A stretch of DNA of 63,991 nt, the filler included, from Octopus bimaculoides (lineage: Eukaryota): NCBI RefSeq assembly GCF_001194135.2. It is 7 parts of 7 records of this genome, joined end to end, with 100 filler letters (N's around TTAATTAATTAA, not from the genome) between each part and the next. Parts side by side here need not be neighbours in the genome. Positions count along the whole stretch, not along the records: positions 39,657 to 54,270 come from NC_068982.1; positions 54,371 to 59,483 come from NC_069000.1; positions 59,584 to 62,092 come from NW_026393103.1; positions 62,193 to 63,991 come from NW_026307799.1; 3 more parts are not named here. One strand, given 5' to 3'. How positions within the stretch are numbered: the first letter of the stretch is position 1; the number at the start of each line of letters is the position of its first letter. The position numbers and the translations under genes are program-made. The notes under the pieces were generated by a model that did no database searches, had not been told where the DNA came from, and saw only the letters and a list, made by a program, of their open reading frames with translations. Shown piece by piece: positions 53,775-63,991 of the stretch.

Positions 53775-54017
53775 CTTTATTGTTTTACTTGTTTCAGTCA
53801 CTTAACTGCGGCCATGCTGGAGTACCGCCTTAAAGGTTTTTAGTCGAAGAAATCGACACCAGCCTAGTAGTTATTCTATCTAGCTCTATTGTCGAACTGC
53901 TAAGTTACTGGGACGTAAACACACCAATATATATTGCCAAGCGATGGTGGGGGAACAAACACAGACACAAAGACACACACATACATAAATATACATACAT
54001 ACATACACACACATATA

Positions 54018-54020
<3 letters not shown>
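53775..54020 (-). mobile_element. SINE family B, 3' half
   Basis: ttttacttgtttcagtcacttaactgcggccatgctggagtaccgcc.. Confidence 0.8.
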
Positions 54021-54058
<38 letters not shown>

Positions 54059-54205
54059 TATTGCCACTTAAGTGTGGCTGACCCCTAGGGGTGGATGTTA
54101 CTGTTGCTTTTAGCCCCAGGAGGACATCTCCTCCAGCTGGCTTATCGACACACGACTGTGTCCTGTTTGCCAAGGGAGTTATCCCTCTCACCTCGGCCAG
54201 CAGCA

Positions 54206-54250
54206 CGAACGTATCCGGATTTCAGGGTTATTTCCCTTCGTCGGCGTTCG
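54206..54250 (-). ncRNA. Minimal type-I hammerhead ribozyme fold (one core substitution, U4 to C)
   Basis: Minus strand: CGAACG CCGACGA AGGG aaataa CCCT GAAA T ccgg A TA CGTTCG. Perfect 6-bp stem I, perfect 4-bp stem II, 2-bp stem III with palindromic loop CCGG, and an AUA cleavage triplet. Confidence 0.75.
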
Positions 54251-55593
54251 ACAGCTGATGACCTTGGTGANNNNNNNNNNNNNNNNNNNNNNNNNNNNNN
54301 NNNNNNNNNNNNNNTTAATTAATTAANNNNNNNNNNNNNNNNNNNNNNNNNNNNNNNNNNNNNNNNNNNNAAAAAAAAAAAAAAAAGCGAAGAAATATTA
54401 AATAAAAATAAGAAAACACAACAAACAATAACAATGTTCATTTCGAAATTGAACGCCTCAGAGTGGTATACCATCAACATAACATTTTTTTAAAATTTAT
54501 TTTTCATTTATTTATTCATTCTGCGTGCTTGTTTTTTTCATCAGCGGAAACATCTTTTCTTCTACCATGTTGAACAAACACAAATGCTGTCTTGTAAATA
54601 TTATACGTTTGTGAGAATTCGACCACCACTTTACGGACACATCAGAGAGATTCAGCAACGTTAACAACGTAATCTTTCACCGAATTCCTAACATTAACTG
54701 ATAGATTTACAAAACGAATTAATACAGTCGGCAATCCGTTCATGCAAGCCACCTTGAGACGACAGATACAAAGAGAGTTCAAATGGCGTGAATAAAAATG
54801 AAATAAAATACAATAAGCAACAAATAAGCAGCAAAAAATTTCTAGGTACGCATCGCTGACAACTAACAGCATTCCGAAGTTAATCTGTTTATTCATACAT
54901 CGTAAGTCGTTACACGAATATTCTTACGAAAAAGACTCTCCGCTTTTCTCTTTCTCCCTCTCCTCTTCCTTCTCTTGTTTGTTTATTCGTTTCTTTCTTT
55001 CTCAGAATCTGGTACTGGCTGGTGTAGAGATCATCTTAGAAAATAGTTTTTGTATAAATGTATTAACAGAATTAAGTATTTTGAAAATGAGAGTAGAAAT
55101 GAGTCCCAAAGCAAATATACTCAAACAACAAAATANNNNNNNNNNNNNNNNNNNNNNNNNNNNNNNNNNNNNNNNNNNNNNNNNNNNNNNNNNNNNNNNN
55201 NNNNNNNNNNNNNNNNNNNNNNNNNNNNNNNNNNNNNNNNNNNNNNNNNNNNNNNNNNNNNNNNNNNNNNNNNNNNNNNNNNNNNNNNNNNNNNNNNNNN
55301 NNNNNNNNNNNNNNNNNNNNNNNNNNNNNNNNNNNNNNNNNNNNNNNNNNNNNNNNNNNNNNNNNNNNNNNNNNNNNNNNNNNNNNNNNNNNNNNNNNNN
55401 NNNNNNNNNNNNNNNNNNNNNNNNNNNNNNNNNNNNNNNNNNNNNNNNNNNNNNNNNNNNNNNNNNNNNNNNNNNNNNNNNNNNNNNNNNNNNNNNNNNN
55501 NNNNNNNNNNNNNNNNTATATATATATATATGACGAACAACGAGTGCTCAACGCCGTATTGGTGGATAAATATTCTTTATTTGTGTATTATGC

Positions 55594-55766
55594 CTACCAT
55601 TGGTTTCATGTTAAGGAATGCCTCAACTATTATCAAGCCTATCACATGGGATACTGGTATTCGTCTACATTTTGGTGTTTTAATCCTAAATGGAGACGAA
55701 AACCAATATTGAATGTGGTAGGCATGATAATTGTTGAGATATTTCTTGACATGAAACCAATGGTAG
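55594..55766. repeat. ~173-nt foldback hairpin
   Basis: ctaccattggtttcatgttaaggaatgcctcaactattatcaagcctatcacat pairs with atgtggtaggcatgataattgttgagatatttcttgacatgaaaccaatggtag; an inner ttcgtct/agacgaa stem continues the fold. Confidence 0.85.
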
Positions 55767-55789
55767 CCTTACTACACAAAGTGCGTGTG

Positions 55790-56000
55790 TGTGTTAGTGT
55801 GTGTGCGTGTGTTGAGAATATATGTGTCTGTTTGTGTGTGTGTCTGCGTTTTTGTGTCAGTGTTTGTCCCCAGCAACGCCTGATAACCGGTGTTGGTAAG
55901 TTTACATCCCCGTAATTTAGCAGTTCGTCAAAAGAGAGCGCTAGAATAAGTACCATTCGACTATAAAATTCTCCAAAGTGGCGTCCCAGCATGGATGCAG
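55790..56000 (+). mobile_element. Diverged SINE family B 3' half
   Basis: gtttgtcccc..ataaccggtgttggtaagtttacatccccgtaatttagcagttcgtcaaaagagagcgctagaataagtacc. Confidence 0.7.
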
Positions 56001-56441
56001 TCTAATGGCATTTACAACAACAAAAACGAAAATCGACTCGCAACATCTTGTTACGTGTAAAAAATAATGACATAGACATATGGACTCAAAGATGTGTGTG
56101 CGTGTGCGTGTGTGTGTGTGCGTGTGCGTGCGTGTGAGTGTGGGCGTGTTTATAAGTATGTGCGTGTATGTAAGTATAAATATAAGAGCAATTAGAGAGA
56201 GGGTCAAAGCCAGATATAGCTAAACATATACATAAACATACACGGAGGAAGAGACATTGTTTTTGTGTGTCTCTGTATATAATATGTGTGTGCGTGTGTG
56301 TGTACGTGTGCGTGTGTGTATTTATGCTTATCTATCTATATATATATATATGTATATATATACACATATATACATAAATATAGATATATATAATATAGAT
56401 ATATATTATACATATTTATATATATACATGTATATAGATAG

Positions 56442-56487
<46 letters not shown>

Positions 56488-56533
56488 GTATATAGATACA
56501 TACACACACATATACACACACACATATATATGT

Positions 56534-56651
<118 letters not shown>

Positions 56652-57107
56652 ATGTATAAGTATAGATATATATACTTATATGTATACGTATATATATATA
56701 CGTATATATATATATGTGTGTGTGTGTATGTATGTATGTATGTATGTATGTATATGTGTGTATTTATTCGAAACAAATTCATCAACACTACCTTTTTTTA
56801 AAACACAAACTGACGTTGATTTGTTATATAGAGTAAACTCTTTATGTTCGTACTAGTTTGTGCTGTACCAATCGTGCGCCATCTTGTCTGTCTTTTGTGA
56901 CACTGTTACATCTCTGAGCTCCACGGCAGCAGCGCCACCACCACCAGCAGCGCCACCACCACCACCAGCAGCATATGTATTGATAATAAAGAGGGTTTAT
57001 TTTGCTGCCACTAGGACAATGGTATGTGGAGAGGGGGAGGGTGGCGTCAGAAGAACAAATAAACAAGAATAAGGACAACGGTGAAATAGTAAAAAGATAG
57101 ACAGAAA

Positions 57108-57140
<33 letters not shown>

Positions 57141-58389
57141 AACGAGAAGTAGAAGTATAATAATAATAATAATAACAATAATAATAATAACAATAATAAT
57201 AATAATAATAATAATAATGTGTGTAAGTGTAGAAGAATGTATATATACACATACTTCTACACTCACACAACATAGATTTGACAAACATACATACATGTGT
57301 AAATCTATATGTAAGTGTGTATATGTACATACATACACATGGCGTACATGTTTGCTCCAAAACATTCACATGTATATCTATGAGGATATGCTTACATTTG
57401 TACATATACACATACATCTACATTCACACAAACGTGTAGATTTGTTCACAAACATGCATCTATAAGTGTAAATGTGTATGTGTATAGCCACATACACACA
57501 TAGACATAGCGTGCATCAATACACAAACGTATTCATGTACATGCAAGTGTGTTTATGTGTGCATATATGTACACTCATGTACAGTCATTCGCACGCACAC
57601 ATGTACAAATGTAAGTCCGTGTGTATATATCTGTGTACATACGGTTATACATATGCATAGACATAATGTGGAATAACTTTGGTAGGTATTACGTTTCTGG
57701 CAATGGAATGAAATAATCTCACCGAAAACTTGTGTTTATTGCTGAGAAAAAACTAAATTTATTTCGCTTTTTCTTATTTAAATAGGGCTTTTTTCTTAGT
57801 TTTTTTTCTTTTCAGTTTTAAGGTTTACTCAGCAAATAAAATAAATAATTAAAATAAATAAATAAAAATGAATCAAAAAAAGGAATAAACAAAAATAAAT
57901 ATCGTCGGTCGTATAGTGAGAATTATAAAGTTATGTAGCTTTATTTATTTGTACTTGAATTGGATTTTTTTTTAGCAGCATATAAATTCTATAACACAGA
58001 GACATACATACAGACACAGGAACGTACTGATTTATAGACACACAAATATATACACACAAGCACACACATGCAGACACAAACACACATGTATACATATGTA
58101 GAAATATACGAAGGCACACAAATATAAGGATATATGCATACATGCATACACGTGCATACATTCGTAGATACTTACATACATACATTGACAGGCTTTATTT
58201 CTGTCAGGAAGAACTTCAATAAATCGTAACGAAAAACACATTCATACAAAAGAATCTTTGTATTTTTGAATATTGTTTTGTTACATTATTTGTGAAGAGA
58301 ATATTTTGGAATTATCCACTTCTGTTGACGCCTGTCACAGAATACACATTTCAGCTATCAAACACATACCCACATACGTATATACATAG

Positions 58390-58583
58390 ATACACGCATA
58401 CATGTGTTTCTTGAGGCCTGCTGGTGCCTTGCAAACCTTTTGGCAAATGGAACAAGTCGAGGTCAACTATGCCTTTCATCCTTTCGGGGGTCAATAGAAT
58501 AAGTATCAGTTGAGCACTTGGGTCGATGTAATCGACTTACTCCGTCCCACGAAACTGCCGGCCTTGTGCCATAATTTGACATC

Positions 58584-58623
<40 letters not shown>

Positions 58624-58625
58624 GA
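58390..58625 (+). mobile_element. SINE family A with an (AAT)n tail
   Basis: gaggtcaactatgcctttcatcctttcgggggtcaatagaataagtatcagttgagcac..ggccttgtgcc, then (AAT)n. Confidence 0.75.
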
Positions 58626-59183
58626 AATAATAATAATAAACAACTATAACAATAAAAGCTACGGCAATAACAACTACCATAATACCACGAAAAGAAGTTG
58701 AATAAATAACAACCCAAAAAACAATAACGATGAAAATGCGCGTACACACAACTCTTCCAAAAAGTCAATCTTTTCTAAAGCTGTTAAAATAGCCTATGTA
58801 AACTGCCCAACATGGCAGTTAAGTAGTTGGACGCCATTTTTACAAAGGAAAATGTAATCCTTAGACAAACCCTCAACTTTTAACATTGGGAATTTTTGTC
58901 AATGTTCCCTTGTGTCAACTTGTGTAAAGTGTACACATACACACGCACGCACACACACACACACACCTACTCACACACACAAATATATATATATATATTG
59001 TACTTTATACATACTAACATACTTACACACATACACACAGACACACTGGATCCGCAGAAGGTGAAACGCAGAATTACCAACCTATGAGATTCAGTTATTG
59101 CCGCTGTTATTATAGTTGTTTTTGACTTCGTGGATTTTTGTTATCGCGGTCAAGTCCGTACTCGGAGAACTCATGAGAAGTGT

Positions 59184-59221
<38 letters not shown>

Positions 59222-60194
59222 ACTGTATGTGAGGTGTTGGTGTTGGTGTTGGTAGTGGTAGTGGTGGTGGTGGGGTTTATGTGTAGTGTAGTGCAATGAA
59301 GCTTATATTTGTTATTTTATCCTTGTACATAATAATCACTAGTCGGTGGAGATTGGTAACAGCAGAGGTGTTTCAGAATTGGCCCCTGTTAAGTTGGGTA
59401 GAGTCTGGGTGTCGTACAAAAGGGAAGCTTGGGAAGAAGAGAGTGAAAACACAACACACACACAAAGAATATATATATATATANNNNNNNNNNNNNNNNN
59501 NNNNNNNNNNNNNNNNNNNNNNNNNNNTTAATTAATTAANNNNNNNNNNNNNNNNNNNNNNNNNNNNNNNNNNNNNNNNNNNNAATAATTACAGATTACA
59601 ATAGTTCAATGTAGGTATTTTCTTTTTTGCTGAGCTTTAGTTTTACACAACTGTACACAGATTCGCTTCTATGTCCTAAACAAAAATGTCCGGTCTATTA
59701 TGTTTACATTTTATTGATGTTTTCACCGGGACATTCCACGTGTACTCCTTCCTATGAGTGTCTATGGTATCTACCATCCTGTGGCTTCACAGTGTGTATG
59801 TATGCATGTATGTATATGTGTGTGTATGTATGTTTGTATGTATGCAAGTATGTATTACGAATGTATATGTGCGGGTGTGATTTTTTCCGTCACCACTATA
59901 CAAACGCTGAATAATGCTAATTTTTATTAGAGAGCGAGTAAGATCTGTGTGAATTATTATGAAAAGAGGATTGGTGACTATTTTAAGACCAAATATATGT
60001 TGCTCTTTCACTTGACTTAACATTTAGAACATACTTTAACAACCTGTCACTGTTTTGTGCGTCTCGCCTACTACAATGCATCAGAATAATTTTAATGCAT
60101 AAGGAGCGACGTAGTAGTGCAATGTGGTGGCAAACACACATCTTCATAATCACCATTATCATCATCATCACCACCGTGATCAATATCTTTATCA

Positions 60195-60267
<73 letters not shown>

Positions 60268-61936
60268 CATATATATATGTGTGTGTGTGTGTGCGTGCGT
60301 GCGTGTGTGTGTGTGTCAGGGAGATCCCACTCGTAACATTACAATTTTAGGTTAACTGATTGGGAAAATTATTTACGTCGTTGTTATGAGCGATAAATAT
60401 GAACTTCGACAGGCCGTCTTCAAAAAATACATGTATCTGCATATATATATATATATATATATATATANNNNNNNNNNNNNNNNNNNNNNNNNNNNNNNNN
60501 NNNNNNNNNNNNNNNNNNNNNNNNNNNNNNNNNNNNNNNNNNNNNNNNNNNNNNNNNNNNNNNNNNNNNNNNNNNNNNNNNNNNNNNNNNNNNNNNNNNN
60601 NNNNNNNNNNNNNNNNNNNNNNNNNNNNNNNNNNNNNNNNNNNNNNNNNNNNNNNNNNNNNNNNNNNNNNNNNNNNNNNNNNNNNNNNNNNNNNNNNNNN
60701 NNNNNNNNNNNNNNNNNNNNNNNNNNNNNNNNNNNNNNNNNNNNNNNNNNNNNNNNNNNNNNNNNNNNNNNNNNNNNNNNNNNNNNNNNNNNNNNNNNNN
60801 NNNNNNNNNNNNNNNNNNNNNNNNNNNNNNNNNNNNNNNNNNNNNNNNNNNNNNNNNNNNNNNNNNNNNNNNNNNNNNNNNNNNNNNNNNNNNNNNNNNN
60901 NNNNNNNNNNNNNNNNNNNNNNNNNNNNNNNNNNNNNNNNNNNNNNNNNNNNNNNNNNNNNNNNNNNNNNNNNNNNNNNNNNNNNNNNNNNNNNNNNNNN
61001 NNNNNNNNNNNNNNNNNNNNNNNNNNNNNNNNNNNNNNNNNNNNNNNNNNNNNAACATTATGCCAGGACGAATCGCGATGAGGTTTTCCTTTATATAAAT
61101 GTACCCCACTTTTATGGCTTAGTTTGTTTATCTATCCTTCTTCTCTTACATGATGCTCAAATCCTTTTCGAAATTTTAATATTCTGATATATAAATTTAG
61201 CTAAGTTTGGATACCCATTATTTTCCGTACTTTTTCCATATTCTTTTATGTAGATATGGCTGATTCTATGGTCCCAGTGAAATTAGTGGTAGGCGAGTGT
61301 GTCTGACAATTAATATATGACCAACAGCTACAACGTATCTGTCAATTGCCAATGGTTTTTATTCTAATGAGTGGTAGACTACATGCTGCATTGGGTCTTT
61401 TGAATGTGATAAGGATAAGGATGAATATAGCTATACTACCATTCAAATTTGTGGATCCCATTATTTTCTTCTACCACTCTAAATTATAGTAGACATTAAG
61501 TATTTTTTTCAATAGACTCATTCTGCTACCAAAATTGCAAAAAGGAGCAATGTATTTTAGTCTCTAGTACTCATGAACTATTTGTTAAAAAAATATATAA
61601 ATAATGGTTTGTATCCTGTATATTGGAAATCTGCATGGTCGTCTGCAGCTCAAGGAGTGCGGTCTATTTCAAATTTATGTATACTCTACATTGATCGGTC
61701 AAGTGGAACCGCTTGAAAAAGCCGTAATGCACTGATACCTGCACGTCTTTTTTACTTATTTGCTTTTTAATTACCTAAGTTCGAGCTGTGTCGAGAATAC
61801 TGGACTGCCTTGGTGCCTCAACTTAAATACTTCATTCAGCTGAACGTTAATTATTTCTTTATATATATATATATAGATATATATATATATAAGAATTTAA
61901 GGAATGCAGAAAAGGCATGTTATAATTGCATACTTT

Positions 61937-62022
61937 ATTCCTACATATGTTTCAAAGGATTACAACCTGTGTGATCCATAGGGATCTTTGATATTAAAAT
62001 TGTGACCTTCTCATCAGGGAAC
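61937..62022 (-). ncRNA. Type-I hammerhead ribozyme with an intact core and extended stem II
   Basis: Minus strand: GTTCC CTGATGA GAAGG [47 nt containing the GATCC-ctat-GGATC hairpin] CCTTT GAAA C atat G TA GGAAT. All conserved core nucleotides are present; the GUA triplet places cleavage between 61942 and 61941. Confidence 0.78.
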
Positions 62023-62192
62023 GCATGGGAATCAGCTTAAATGTAAGACATTATGACCGATTATGAAAACAATAGATGGAAAAGGTTATGACNNNNNNNN
62101 NNNNNNNNNNNNNNNNNNNNNNNNNNNNNNNNNNNNTTAATTAATTAANNNNNNNNNNNNNNNNNNNNNNNNNNNNNNNNNNNNNNNNNNNN

Positions 62193-62234
<42 letters not shown>

Positions 62235-62378
62235 GTAAAGAATATGAGGGGCTTAGTTCACTAGTGGTCTAAACGAATATGTACACTGAATAAGTGCTAT
62301 AATTGGTCATCCATTAAGTTCCAGTTTCACAGCTGAGGCTGGAGCTAGAGATCCATATTAGGCTTCCGTGTTAGCGGG

Positions 62379-62429
<51 letters not shown>

Positions 62430-63149
62430 GCAAAACACTTTTAATACAGTAACCATAAGAGCTCCACAGCAAACCACAGCACATACCCAAGGCGCACAGA
62501 GCTACCCTCGGTAGTGAAGTGAAAGCATGTTATAAAAATAAAACTACTGAACCATAATAATATTAATAATAATAATAATATTAGGGATAAAATCCAAAAT
62601 TACAGGTAAAAACTCAATTAAAATCATTGACGAGTTCATGAACCTTCGTTCTTTTCCCTAAAACTNNNNNNNNNNNNNNNNNNNNNNNNNNNNNNNNNNN
62701 NNNNNNNNNNNNNNNNNNNNNNNNNNNNNNNNNNNNNNNNNNNNNNNNNNNNNNNNNNNNNNNNNNNNNNNNNNNNNNNNNNNNNNNNNNNNNNNNNNNN
62801 NNNNNNNNNNNNNNNNNNNNNNNNNNNNNNNNNNNNNNNNNNNNNNNNNNNNNNNNNNNNNNNNNNNNNNNNNNNNNNNNNNNNNNNNNNNNNNNNNNNN
62901 NNNNNNNNNNNNNNNNNNNNNNNNNNNNNNNNNNNNNNNNNNNNNNNNNNNNNNNNNNNNNNNNNNNNNNNNNNNNNNNNNNNNNNNNNNNNNNNNNNNN
63001 NNNNNNNNNNNNNNNNNNNNNNNNNNNNNNNNNNNNNNNNNNNNNNNNNNNNNNNNNNNNNNNNNNNNNNNNNNNNNNNNNNNNNNNNNNNNNNNNNNNN
63101 NNNNNNNNNNNNNNNNNNNNNNNNNNNNNNNNNNNNNNNNNNNNNNNNN

Positions 63150-63262
63150 AATCCATTCACAAGGCTTTGGTTGTAGAAGACACTTGCCAAAGGTGCCACG
63201 CTGTGGGACGGAACCCAGAACCATGTAGTTGGGAAGCAAGCGTCTTACCACATAGCCATACC
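63150..63262 (-). mobile_element. SINE family B 5' head
   Basis: tcacaaggctttgg..agaagacacttgccaaaggtgccacgctgtgggacggaacccagaaccatg..cttaccacatagcca. Confidence 0.8.
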
Positions 63263-63946
63263 CACGCCTACACACACTGAGAAAGAAAGCGAAAAGAATG
63301 GATAGATGGATGGATGGCAGTTTATCAACAAACACATGAAATAAAGAACGAAATATGCCAGATTTTATCGCTTGAGTAACTGTAAATTCGGCGTTGATAA
63401 TTTTATCAATCATAGTCGAATTCCTATGATACTTTGGAAACTACATCAAATTGCGTGAACTACACTCCAATACTGTGATCTAAACCTGAGCCCATTACGG
63501 CTTAAAAACCTTAATGGAATTCAAAAGACTATTGTTGCAGATTAAACTTAAGCGGCTACAAAGGAAAATATTTAAAAGATTTGAGGAAAAAGTGATAAAA
63601 TTTGTAAATAGTGCGATATACAAAAGGCCAAACATCCCTTTGCACAATTTCAAAGCCCTCATTTCTAACAGAACCAAGCGCCATGTCCAACTATTCCACC
63701 ACCAACAACACAACTGCCTCGCCACCACCACTAATATTACCACCAGCATGACCAACATGACAATTACAGCTACCCTCGACCCACCACCGCCATCACTCTT
63801 ACTACCACTCATCACCCACACCTCAACACCTACCCAAGATGCACCTCCGCCCGTCCCACGATCAACACTGGTAACAGCTTTCATTTCAGCTCTGTTCTCG
63901 AACGCAAACGACTACACACTCAGCAATACCTACACATACACTTGCG

Positions 63947-63991
<45 letters not shown>
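63947..63991. repeat. (GATA)n microsatellite
   Basis: Directly visible at the end of the window. Confidence 0.95.

Noticed and set aside
54642-54896. 84-aa minus-strand ORF and an overlapping plus-strand open stretch
   Set aside because: No recognisable domain or splice sites.
63514-63957. 147-aa ORF
   Set aside because: The C-terminal half is a low-complexity CAC/ACC tract and the N-terminal half has no recognisable homology.

Overview
AT-rich, gap-ridden, microsatellite-dense eukaryotic genomic DNA. The SINE, retroelement and microsatellite landscape suggests an octopod cephalopod (inference). The one host gene I can support is a USP31/USP43-family deubiquitinase. Three short, phase-compatible + strand exons (18895-19007, 22161-22241, 23752-23878), none of them in the ORF track, splice into ...LRIIVEWD...TLKDCFYLYTQEEK. 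The upstream, probably intronic, region holds a decayed but structurally complete Ty3/gypsy element (LTRs, PBS, PPT, 5-bp TSD), a Penelope-like RT/GIY-YIG remnant and foldback elements. An internally deleted mariner lies in the first intron between the recognised exons. After ~25.8 kb the scaffold is joined by six artificial 100-bp N/TTAATTAATTAA spacers and is mostly SINEs, simple repeats and transposon fragments. The most notable signal is a set of minimal type-I hammerhead-ribozyme folds from several unrelated repeat families (54206-54250, 61937-62022, 10208-10328, and degenerate copies at 9221-9286, 9636-9701 and 11661-11700), most with a palindromic loop III. There are also several long near-perfect hairpins. 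All calls were made by eye; no searches were run.
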